From a virus (lineage: Duplodnaviria > Caudoviricetes), in the IMG/VR virus record IMGVR_UViG_3300025413_000034, positions 1 through 53,327 of that record: DNA of 53,327 nucleotides, one strand, 5' to 3'. Below are positions 45,723 through 53,327 of the stretch, one piece after another. The position numbers were made by a program, and so were the translations under genes. Numbering within the stretch: the first letter of the stretch is position 1; each line of letters starts with the position of its first letter. The notes beneath the pieces were generated by a model, which was not told the DNA's origin, did no database searches, and saw only the letters and a program-made list of their open reading frames with translations.

Positions 45723-46661
45723 TTATCCTTTTGCTCTGTATGTCGCCGCTCTACGAATGAGTGTCTGAGTATCTGGTAGTTCTACGCCGTAGTTCTCTTC
45801 GGCGTTTCCTTCTTTGTATGCCTGCAGGTAGTCATGCATCTGGCGCAGTGCTGGCACTGTGCCGTACTTCTTTCCTGCCTGCCAACGATAGTTGTAGAAG
45901 TCAGAGTAACCTTCACCTGTCTGACTAAATGCAAACTTGCGTGCGTGGTGAATGTCTTCAAAGAGTGCAGATCCTTGTGAGAGTGATGCTTGCAGTCTTG
46001 TCTCTGCATTTCTGCGTGCTGCATCATTCTGTGCACCATGTAGATCTGCTAATGCTTTGGAGTAACGAGTGACAATCTCTGATGCGATGGAGCGATCGCG
46101 TTGAGCCATTGCTTCCCATACAGGCTTGTGTGGTGCGCTCTGTTGCTGTGGGTGTACAGTCCACTCGTTATGAGTGAGATCGTATGCAGCGTATGGATTG
46201 ATCGATGTAATATCTGTAGCACCAGGATTGACATAAAAAGTTACTTCAAACCCATTCCAGTTCTCTGTCTCTGGTTGTAGGTATGTGCGAAAATCTTCGT
46301 TGAGCATCTGGCTGATCTCTGTATCACCAAGACCTTGGTACTCAGGGTTAGCCTTTCGGAACTGGATGTAGTTGACACCGATCAATACATCAAGGTCACC
46401 AGGTTCACGAGCAGCAGACCACTGGTAAGAGACGCCAGATCCTGCAATCCATACATGAGCCCATAGGTCAGCATGGCGATACTTCTCATGTAAGAAGTCA
46501 AAGAGGAGTTGCATTAAACCAGAACGAACCCAGCCCTTGAGTTGATTGCCAGAGAATAGACGTGGGTCTAGATCTTGTTCAGGGTTAGAGAAGTACGATG
46601 TCGCTTTGTTTTCCAGGCTGATAGGTTGCGCGTACCTATCAAGACCATCAGAGCGATTCAT
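45723..46661 (-). CDS. Pol-beta-superfamily nucleotidyltransferase
   Basis: IAGSG...GDLDVLI and a third acidic strand FEVTFYV. Confidence 0.75.
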   Translation of the reverse strand: MNRSDGLDRYAQPISLENKATSYFSNPEQDLDPRLFSGNQLKGWVRSGLMQLLFDFLHEKYRHADLWAHVWIAGSGVSYQWSAAREPGDLDVLIGVNYIQFRKANPEYQGLGDTEISQMLNEDFRTYLQPETENWNGFEVTFYVNPGATDITSINPYAAYDLTHNEWTVHPQQQSAPHKPVWEAMAQRDRSIASEIVTRYSKALADLHGAQNDAARRNAETRLQASLSQGSALFEDIHHARKFAFSQTGEGYSDFYNYRWQAGKKYGTVPALRQMHDYLQAYKEGNAEENYGVELPDTQTLIRRAATYRAKG

Positions 46662-46673
46662 GTCCTAAGTCTA

Positions 46674-46946
46674 TTAGTTTTGTGGGCTTTCTATGCCTCT
46701 ATCGCTCAGTGCTTCTGCAACAGTTTCTGCCACAGTTGGCTCTGCTGGAGGGGTAAGGGCGTTTATAACGGCTTGAGCAACACGGTTTGCTAAAAGACGA
46801 TTTTCGATCTCTGAGACCAACTCCTTGGAAGTTTGCAAGATGTCGTAAGGTGTTGCCTGACGAGAAACTCCCGCACCTGCTGCCGTTGCGGTGGTGCTGA
46901 CTGTTCCGTCATCATTTATGGTTACTGTGTAAATTGCTTGTGCCAT
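46674..46946 (-). CDS. Hypothetical protein
   Basis: 90 aa ORF in operon. Confidence 0.55.
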   Translation of the reverse strand: MAQAIYTVTINDDGTVSTTATAAGAGVSRQATPYDILQTSKELVSEIENRLLANRVAQAVINALTPPAEPTVAETVAEALSDRGIESPQN

Positions 46947-47495
46947 TTATTTTCCAATCAGTTTTTGTTTGCGTTGTGCTACACCTACGGCTACAGGACA
47001 AAAATCGCATAGATAAGTTTTTGGCCCTGGAGCATCAAGATAACTGCCCATACCTTCTGCTTTTCTTTCTTTTTGCGTTTTTGGAATAAGCAAGCGGTCT
47101 TTTGCGTGCCAATCTAAACATCCTTCTTTGGGCTTGTTATGCTTGTTGTAGCACTCCATAGCCCCTTCCATGAAGGTAGAGCGAGAGTCGTAAAAGGTCT
47201 CATCAAACTCAGCAAGACCAGCCGATCCTCCACCCTTGATCTGCTTAATGATTTCGCGCTTTGATTCTGTAGATGCCCAGACTCTGAGGGGAAGAACAAA
47301 AAGTTTGCCTTTATGTGGTTCACCTGAGGGAAATACGTGAAGTTCACACGCCACAGCAAGTAGATGATCTAACTCTGGCTCACCATCGTATGGTGGCAAT
47401 TCTTCTAGTGTCTGACAAACAAGGCAGTACAAAAGCCGAAACATCGGCTCATTGGCTGCAGGTTGTTTTTGCCCAAGAATGGGGACATTGCTCAT
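46947..47495 (-). CDS. Cys-rich (Zn-binding) hypothetical protein
   Basis: CLVC, C..H..P...C and LCDFCPV; AAGGAG RBS. Confidence 0.65.
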   Translation of the reverse strand: MSNVPILGQKQPAANEPMFRLLYCLVCQTLEELPPYDGEPELDHLLAVACELHVFPSGEPHKGKLFVLPLRVWASTESKREIIKQIKGGGSAGLAEFDETFYDSRSTFMEGAMECYNKHNKPKEGCLDWHAKDRLLIPKTQKERKAEGMGSYLDAPGPKTYLCDFCPVAVGVAQRKQKLIGK

Positions 47496-47559
47496 AGGTG
47501 CTCCTTATTAGTGCTAGGAGACAAACCTATAAAACCCTAAGAAGGCTGTAAGGCTAAAC

Positions 47560-47784
47560 TTACTCGAATTGTCTTTTTGGTGCGTCAGGGTGGTAATCGT
47601 GGTCAGAAGCCGTCCAATTAACTCCACCAAGGTTTTTGGTGTTTCTTTTGACGTCTCCAGCGTGAGCACGCCCATTCTTTAAGAATCGAACGTCTGCGGT
47701 ATGGCTGTAGTCACCATTTTGGTGGTAAAAATTTACACGACGCTTTGGATTATCTCCACGATCTGGTACGGCTGTAACTGCCAT
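47560..47784 (-). CDS. Hypothetical protein
   Basis: Start MAVTAV, coupled by TAATG. Confidence 0.5.
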   Translation of the reverse strand: MAVTAVPDRGDNPKRRVNFYHQNGDYSHTADVRFLKNGRAHAGDVKRNTKNLGGVNWTASDHDYHPDAPKRQFE

Positions 47785-48029
47785 TAGTGACCACATCCCT
47801 CTCCACATTCGTGATTGCTCCAGTAGTCATGCGATTGTGCTGAATGCTCAAAAAGTTTTTTACGAGAAATTCCTTGTGCTGCTGCTTTTCTTGCAGAACG
47901 TCCTTCTGTTGCAGCATGGGTAACCATCTCTCGTCCCCAAGGCTCAGTTTCATAACCTTTAGGTGCAAGACTTGGTCCATTTGCTGCTTTTAATGCACGC
48001 TTATTGGCACGACGATCAGCAAACATCAT
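47784..48029 (-). CDS. Hypothetical protein
   Basis: 81 aa ORF. Confidence 0.5.
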   Translation of the reverse strand: MMFADRRANKRALKAANGPSLAPKGYETEPWGREMVTHAATEGRSARKAAAQGISRKKLFEHSAQSHDYWSNHECGEGCGH

Positions 48030-48031
48030 GA

Positions 48032-48238
48032 CTACTTACCTGGATTTACCTTGTTAGGCATCTCAGAGGTGATGAAGCCATAACCTGAGAATGGGTGAAG
48101 TGCTTCGCGGTTACGCATAGTCTCTTCATTACCAAGTCCTGGAATGACTGTGGTGTTAGGGCGAGCCTTGCGGTACTTGCCATCAGTTGCACCCTCGTCG
48201 AGTGACTGGTTCATTGAGCGTGAGGAGTTAACTGCCAT
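48032..48238 (-). CDS. Hypothetical protein
   Basis: 68 aa ORF. Confidence 0.55.
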   Translation of the reverse strand: MAVNSSRSMNQSLDEGATDGKYRKARPNTTVIPGLGNEETMRNREALHPFSGYGFITSEMPNKVNPGK

Positions 48239-48239
48239 G

Positions 48240-48440
48240 TTAGACCATCTTTCCTTTGATTCGGCTTGCCTTCTGTTGGGTCAAGCAGTTAAGGCACTTA
48301 CCTTGGTTATACATAAATTCTACGGGATTCATAATGACTCCACAGGTTGGACATGGAGCAGATCCACGATATTCCATGGCATTCTGCATGACCTTCTTAG
48401 CCTGTAGTTCCATTGTCTCGGCGCCGTCTCCGTCAAACAT
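48240..48440 (-). CDS. Small Zn-finger protein
   Basis: CPTCG...CLNC. Confidence 0.6.
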   Translation of the reverse strand: MFDGDGAETMELQAKKVMQNAMEYRGSAPCPTCGVIMNPVEFMYNQGKCLNCLTQQKASRIKGKMV

Positions 48441-48802
48441 TAGTTAGTCCCCAAATCGTTACGGCTGCTACCTGAGTAACCAGCAGGAGATCCTGAGTAC
48501 CAAGAAACTCTAGGCTCATGATAGTTGCGATCTACGCTTACGACATCCTCAATTCCTGGTTGAACGCTTGGACCGTAGCCAAAACGCTCTGGAAAGAGTT
48601 GAATCTGTGGAAGTGGTGGGCGAACCATTGCCTGAATATCGGCTCCTGGAATGGTTGCAACCATGAGTGCCTGAGAAGTTAAACGCTCCATGTTGCTTGA
48701 CCATGGGCCGTTGTATGACCACTTCTTAGCAACCTGATCAGGCTGAATAGGTGCACGCCATGGCTTGGTGTAGTCGTAGTTGCCATCAAATGATTGTGTC
48801 AT
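48440..48802 (-). CDS. Hypothetical protein
   Basis: Likely start MTQSFDG (GGGGAG RBS, TAATG coupling). Confidence 0.6.
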   Translation of the reverse strand: MTQSFDGNYDYTKPWRAPIQPDQVAKKWSYNGPWSSNMERLTSQALMVATIPGADIQAMVRPPLPQIQLFPERFGYGPSVQPGIEDVVSVDRNYHEPRVSWYSGSPAGYSGSSRNDLGTN

Positions 48803-49026
48803 TAGAACAACTCCCCTTTGTCGTGGTGCTTTTGCATGTGCTCTTTTGCAGCCCGCAGTGTTGGGTAGTACAGCCCAGTTGGGTGAGATGAGAACCACAC
48901 TCTTCCTGTTGGAGTGTTAGACGCATCTACTTGCAACCCACAACAACCCGTGTATGATCCTGCAGCGTTTTTCTTTACGCTAAATTTGTGACCACTACCA
49001 TGATCAAATTCTTCAGATTTGGTCAT
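48802..49026 (-). CDS. Hypothetical protein
   Basis: Likely start MTKSEEF; ATGA coupling. Confidence 0.5.
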   Translation of the reverse strand: MTKSEEFDHGSGHKFSVKKNAAGSYTGCCGLQVDASNTPTGRVWFSSHPTGLYYPTLRAAKEHMQKHHDKGELF

Positions 49027-49697
49027 CCGATTGCTCCTCGATGTTGAACCCATGTTGTGGCTTGGACTCTGTGAGGAAGATCGACACCAAGTTCTGACGA
49101 AGCGCGTTGATATGCTTGTACAAAATGCTTATAACGACCTAAAGAACCTAAACCAAGATCTTCAGACATTGGAGTGTGACCGCTCGGACCTTGAGTAAGA
49201 TTGCGCTTTGCTTTACCGCCACCTGCTCCTACAAAAGGTCTTCCCATGGCGATATCGTAAGCGTGACGATCGATGGTGACTGCGTGTGGGCTACTTGGGT
49301 CATTAATATTATGGAAGAAGTTCGTGACTTTGTGTCCACCCAAGACATCTAGGGGATCTTCTCCTGCGTGAATTCTGCGAGCCTTTTCAACGTTTGCTGG
49401 AAGAAGAGCGCTTGCTACATTTCCTGTTTTAACAAGTTCATGGGCTTCATCAACGTTTCTTTCCCAGTTATTTAGTGGTGATAAGGCTGCAATAATTCCT
49501 GCACCTCTACGAGTATCGCCACCACCAACACGACCTGCTACTTCATTCGCTTTGTCATACCACTCACTGCCGCCCTTAACAAACTCAGGGGATGCCTCTC
49601 GGTACTTGGACACAATGTTTCCTACGTGAGCCTGAAATTGCTCTTGAGCAAGATTCTGATCCCAGCGACCATGTGGGTCTACGCCAAATTTAGCCAT
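49023..49697 (-). CDS. DNA-glycosylase-like (HhH-GPD-related) phage protein
   Basis: WY...AALSP...WERN, KVTNF, VTIDRHA and QATTW motifs. Confidence 0.5.
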   Translation of the reverse strand: MAKFGVDPHGRWDQNLAQEQFQAHVGNIVSKYREASPEFVKGGSEWYDKANEVAGRVGGGDTRRGAGIIAALSPLNNWERNVDEAHELVKTGNVASALLPANVEKARRIHAGEDPLDVLGGHKVTNFFHNINDPSSPHAVTIDRHAYDIAMGRPFVGAGGGKAKRNLTQGPSGHTPMSEDLGLGSLGRYKHFVQAYQRASSELGVDLPHRVQATTWVQHRGAIG

Positions 49698-49698
49698 G

Positions 49699-50233
49699 TT
49701 ATGCCCACGCAGGTCTCAAGTAGGCCATCATTGCCTGACGGCGTGCGTTTATCTCAACTGGTGCATCTGCCTGCGTGTTTGCCTTGCCATCGTTAACAAG
49801 GTGTGGAGCAGGAGCGAGTTGTGTCTGTGGTGCTGATCGTGGAACCTTGTAAACCATACCGCCATTAACATTCACAAGTGCTGCCTTCATCTGGCGCTGT
49901 AGTCCGCTATCCATATTAACCGCATCAGGCCAGAAATACATAGAGGCTTCAATGCGCTCGCCCTTGTGGACTCCGCGCTGGTACGACTTCTGATTAACAC
50001 GATTCTTGATTGAATCCAGTAGGCGATCGTCGCGACGTGATCGTATTGTGCCTAAATAACCGTCAGGGATACTCCGCAGATGGGATACGGCCAACGCCAA
50101 TGCGTGACTGATCCAAACTGTCCCGTGCAACGGGAGTTCCTGCGCCAGTTTGATTGTTGTAACCGTACATACCGCCAGCACCAAGGGACTGCCAGTTCTG
50201 CTGTGGCGAGAAGTTGTTATAGCCTCCAGCCAT
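49699..50233 (-). CDS. Hypothetical protein split by a +1 frameshift at CCC-TGA (50063-50068)
   Basis: Frame 0 MAGGYNNFSPQQNWQSLG...SAEYP*, then DGYLGTIRSRRDD... in the +1 frame. Confidence 0.65.
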
Positions 50234-50628
50234 CAGATCACCTCAATCTCTACTCGATTACGACGATTTGCCGTTCGTATGTTGTGGCAGTTGGCGCAAA
50301 CCACATCACACTTTGCTATTTCTTCCCACAGTTTTTCACGACTGTAAGACCCGATCTCTTCACCAATATTGAACTTTTTATCAGTACCAGGAATATGATC
50401 AAATTCTAATGCTGCAGGATGGGCGTTGTACCCGCAATCTGCGCATCCTTTTGCTACTTGATACTCGTGAATTTCTTTAGTTTTTTGTTTTACAAGTGGT
50501 CGTGTGTATTTAACGTATAAACAACGATTACACATGGCTTGTCTTGTGCCTACTTGACGTCCACCACGCATTTTAAACTTGGAGATGGGTAAATCCTGCT
50601 CACAGGATGTGCAGGTTTTGGTCTCCAT
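50233..50628 (-). CDS. HNH endonuclease
   Basis: CADCG, LEFDH and KCDVVCANCHNIRT. Confidence 0.8.
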   Translation of the reverse strand: METKTCTSCEQDLPISKFKMRGGRQVGTRQAMCNRCLYVKYTRPLVKQKTKEIHEYQVAKGCADCGYNAHPAALEFDHIPGTDKKFNIGEEIGSYSREKLWEEIAKCDVVCANCHNIRTANRRNRVEIEVI

Positions 50629-51290
50629 TACTCACGACCGATCGCTTTGCGCTGTCTTAGGGCACGATTTGTGTTAATAGTCTTGAGGACATCACCCAAA
50701 GTGTGTGGCTTCTGCTCCCCTGTCTCAGGGTCACGCATCATTCCACCAACGACATTCCAGTCTTTATTTTGGTACTCGTACTTTGTAAGTCCGCCCTTGC
50801 CGTCCTTCATGTCGAGGGCTCCAGGACGATAGTTTTCGTTTGCGCTCTCTTTACCGAACTGTCCCATGTGAAGGAGTACTGCGCCTCCACCTGGACCAAC
50901 GGTTGCACCCTTGCGATTTACAGGTGTGTGAGGCAGTGCGTATGACTCCATCTCGCCCTCAGATGTGCCCATCGCCTTTGCTGCGTTAGGTGTTGGTGCT
51001 TGTACAGAGATGTCTTGAGTTTTGCCCCATGCACCATGGACAGGTGCTAGTCCTGTGCGTGCTGGGACTTTTGCTGCTTCCTTTGCCCATTTAGCGCGAT
51101 AGGTACTGATGTTCTTACCTGTGAGAGCGCCACGCTTCTTTGTGTGTTCTGCAATAGGGACTGCTGCAGTCATAAACCCACGACCTGTTACAGGTTCACG
51201 GTCAAAGTACCCAACAGAGCCACCGCCAGTACCACCCTCTGACTCTGGCTTATTGACGTGAGCAGCAAACTCTTCGTCGCTAAGTGGCAT
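50628..51290 (-). CDS. Hypothetical protein
   Basis: 220 aa; AAGGAG RBS. Confidence 0.6.
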   Translation of the reverse strand: MPLSDEEFAAHVNKPESEGGTGGGSVGYFDREPVTGRGFMTAAVPIAEHTKKRGALTGKNISTYRAKWAKEAAKVPARTGLAPVHGAWGKTQDISVQAPTPNAAKAMGTSEGEMESYALPHTPVNRKGATVGPGGGAVLLHMGQFGKESANENYRPGALDMKDGKGGLTKYEYQNKDWNVVGGMMRDPETGEQKPHTLGDVLKTINTNRALRQRKAIGRE

Positions 51291-51292
51291 GG

Positions 51293-51531
51293 TTACTCCT
51301 TGATGGCTGGAAGTGAAGACTGATTATCTTCAAACTTGTAAACAGTTCCTGCAGTCTTTGATGAATACGGAAGTGTGCGTCCTTGTCCCAATGAGCGGTT
51401 AGACCACGCGGTGGCTGCTGCGCTACTTGTGTTGGTTGCCGAACTTAACGAGAGTGGTGGAGGTGTTTCAGTGTGTTGCTGAAACATCTGTCCAGTCTTG
51501 TTGTTGTCACCAAACTCGGACATTGATAACA
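51293..51531 (-). CDS. Hypothetical protein (true start probably 51531 or 51522)
   Basis: The upstream part of the listed 193-aa ORF is shadowed by the gene at 51534-51992. Confidence 0.5.
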
Positions 51532-51533
51532 TT

Positions 51534-51992
51534 TTAGTAAGACTCACCCATTGCTGCGTTGAAGTCTGGTGCTTGACGTCCCATGACTGATGGGATGGTC
51601 TTTGCATTACGCATTGTTGCAGAGGCTTCGATTGAATGAACTGCTGGGAACTTTGCGCCAATTTCGTAGCGAGCGCCCATGCGCTCTGACTGCGCTGCTG
51701 AACCAGCAAGTTTGTTCTTGCGGTTAGCCTTGCCACCAGCGGTTGGATCTGCTGCCTGCGTGTTCTTACGTGGGCGTGAGATCGTGTTGCCTGGCTGTGC
51801 AGAAACGTTTTCAAAGTTGTTTGCATCCATGCCCATGTAGCGGCGTGGTGACTTAGCGTGTGCTGCTGAAGCAATCACTTGCTCTGGGGTTAGTGAGGTA
51901 GATTTCATTGAGGCACCTGTCGCTTCGAGATGGGATGAAGGAGCACCCATGCGGCGGCGCATCGCGTGTCCTAATGATGTCCAAGATGGCAT
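51534..51992 (-). CDS. Basic hypothetical protein
   Basis: 152 aa; AAGGAG RBS. Confidence 0.6.
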   Translation of the reverse strand: MPSWTSLGHAMRRRMGAPSSHLEATGASMKSTSLTPEQVIASAAHAKSPRRYMGMDANNFENVSAQPGNTISRPRKNTQAADPTAGGKANRKNKLAGSAAQSERMGARYEIGAKFPAVHSIEASATMRNAKTIPSVMGRQAPDFNAAMGESY

Positions 51993-52028
51993 ATTGACTC
52001 CTTAGTTTGAGTCTATGATACGGCGGTT

Positions 52029-52319
52029 TTACGACGCTGTAATGTGAAATACAATGGCAGAAATTGCCCCATCACGAGAGTCGATGGTGGTAAATCCTGG
52101 CTTGTCTGTGAGGTCCATGCCACGAGGGGCAACGTAGCCACGGGCGATAGCGATCGCCTTTACTGCCTGATTTACCGCTCCAGCGCCTACTGCACGCAGT
52201 TTTACTTCGCGCTTGTCGTAGCATGCGTGGGCGATGGCTGATGCAACGCTCTGTGGATTGGAACTAGCGCTTACTTTTAGAAAGTCTTCACCTGAAGGTG
52301 GTGTTGGTGGTGTAGTCAA
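52029..52319 (-). CDS. spoVS: SpoVS-family protein
   Basis: LKVSASSNPQSVASAIA...AVGAGAVNQAVKAIAIARGYVAP.G.DL...PGF. Confidence 0.92.
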   Translation of the reverse strand: MTTPPTPPSGEDFLKVSASSNPQSVASAIAHACYDKREVKLRAVGAGAVNQAVKAIAIARGYVAPRGMDLTDKPGFTTIDSRDGAISAIVFHITAS

Positions 52320-52373
52320 TTTGTAGTCCTTTATGTCGAGTTAGTGCGCCATCCCTGCATAAAGGGTACATAT

Positions 52374-52970
52374 CTACAGCCTAGGTTGGTCCCTATACTT
52401 GGGGTCTTCCATTTGTTCGACTACTGCCTTTTCGACGGCATCAATTGAAAATTTTCCAACAAGCCTTGCTAGGGCGTAGGAGTCTGCGGCGTTGTCATCA
52501 TTGAACTCAATACCCCACCGTTTATAGATCTGCAGCAACATTTCCTGCTTTTTAGCGTTGCCTTTACCTGCTGCGTACTTCTTCAATGTCATTGGTGGTA
52601 CTTTGAGTGGGAATCTTCTTGGGTCTTCATCTGGAAAGAAATCGTATATGGCTAGTCTTACAGTGGCCGATAATTCCCCTAGAACTAGGGCGGCCTGGCT
52701 CGCTAGGACTGTGCCTTCCATGGCAATGTCTTCAACATCCCAGTGATCTTCTGCATACCCAAGATTGTCTGTCAACCATTCGCGGATGTCTGATAACCGC
52801 TCAATGCCAAAGTACGGTGACTTGTATACCCATGTGAGGTAGTTAGTTGGTGTGGTCGTATCTAGGATTGTTAATGCAAATCCAGTTAACGATTGATCAA
52901 TTCCAATAGAAACTTTTGAGTCTCTAGGTATTGGGTTACCTTCAATCAGTTTTGTTGGCAAGTAGGGCAT
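52374..52970 (-). CDS. ruvC: RuvC-like Holliday junction resolvase
   Basis: IGIDQSLTG, IAMEG, LKKYAAGKGNAKK and DDNAADS. Confidence 0.85.
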   Translation of the reverse strand: MPYLPTKLIEGNPIPRDSKVSIGIDQSLTGFALTILDTTTPTNYLTWVYKSPYFGIERLSDIREWLTDNLGYAEDHWDVEDIAMEGTVLASQAALVLGELSATVRLAIYDFFPDEDPRRFPLKVPPMTLKKYAAGKGNAKKQEMLLQIYKRWGIEFNDDNAADSYALARLVGKFSIDAVEKAVVEQMEDPKYRDQPRL

Positions 52971-53327
52971 CCATTCGTTGTTGAACTAGTAACTCTAGTT
53001 CTTCTATGGTTCCCCCGTTGTGCAAAATCTGATCTACTTTGTACCCATCCATACTAAACTCAGATACATGGGAATTAACTGCCTCAACTCCTGTGCGTTT
53101 AATTCTCCAAAGTTGTCCGTTCATTTGTTTGACAATTGATGCTTCGTTTTCAAACCGAACATCTGAAATAACATACTTTTTAGTTTTGTCATTGACTTTG
53201 CGCAAAACCGCATTGACCCATACGTCTTCATCAAGTGATGCTCTGGAACTTACGCCCAATTCTTGAAGCAACCTACGAATTTCAGGAAACATGACTTTGG
53301 CTTTATCCCACCCGTATGCGTTCACTA
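52942..53327 (-). CDS. Deoxynucleoside monophosphate kinase (partial)
   Basis: RRLLQELG, VISDVRFENE, HVSE and NGGTIEEL. Confidence 0.85.
   Translation of the reverse strand, partial: VNAYGWDKAKVMFPEIRRLLQELGVSSRASLDEDVWVNAVLRKVNDKTKKYVISDVRFENEASIVKQMNGQLWRIKRTGVEAVNSHVSEFSMDGYKVDQILHNGGTIEELELLVQQRMDALLANKTD

Overview
This window is a 53 kb segment of a tailed dsDNA phage. The host is most likely an actinobacterium, judged from WhiB, DUF3263-like and proteasome/HslV-like genes and from leaderless promoters. Positions 1-12 kb (minus strand) hold the morphogenesis module: collagen-like fibres, adaptor, N4-gp56-type major capsid, scaffold, portal, TerL and KTSC. Positions 12-27 kb hold lysis, membrane and accessory genes, including a 1224-aa PA14 surface protein, tRNA-Gln, HNH nucleases, and a tandem cassette of unrelated small proteins (GNAT, ART-like, ParB-like) that all start with a shared L-[S/N]-x-x-Q-F leader. 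At about 28.1-28.2 kb the main strand and the composition switch. A 1.3 kb non-coding block follows, with a near-perfect CIRCE, three phased palindromes and an approximately 550-nt highly structured RNA. A type II hammerhead ribozyme sits over the stop codon of the first early gene. The plus-strand early region (29.5-41.5 kb) encodes a MoxR AAA + vWA pair, WhiB, HNH, excisionase, a tyrosine integrase with an inserted Zn finger, and a transglycosylase. The right end (minus strand) has a class II RNR, an NTase-HAD-TGT-like operon, many small ORFs (one split at CCC-TGA), SpoVS, RuvC and a dNMP kinase. All calls come from motif recognition by eye; no searches or computations were run.
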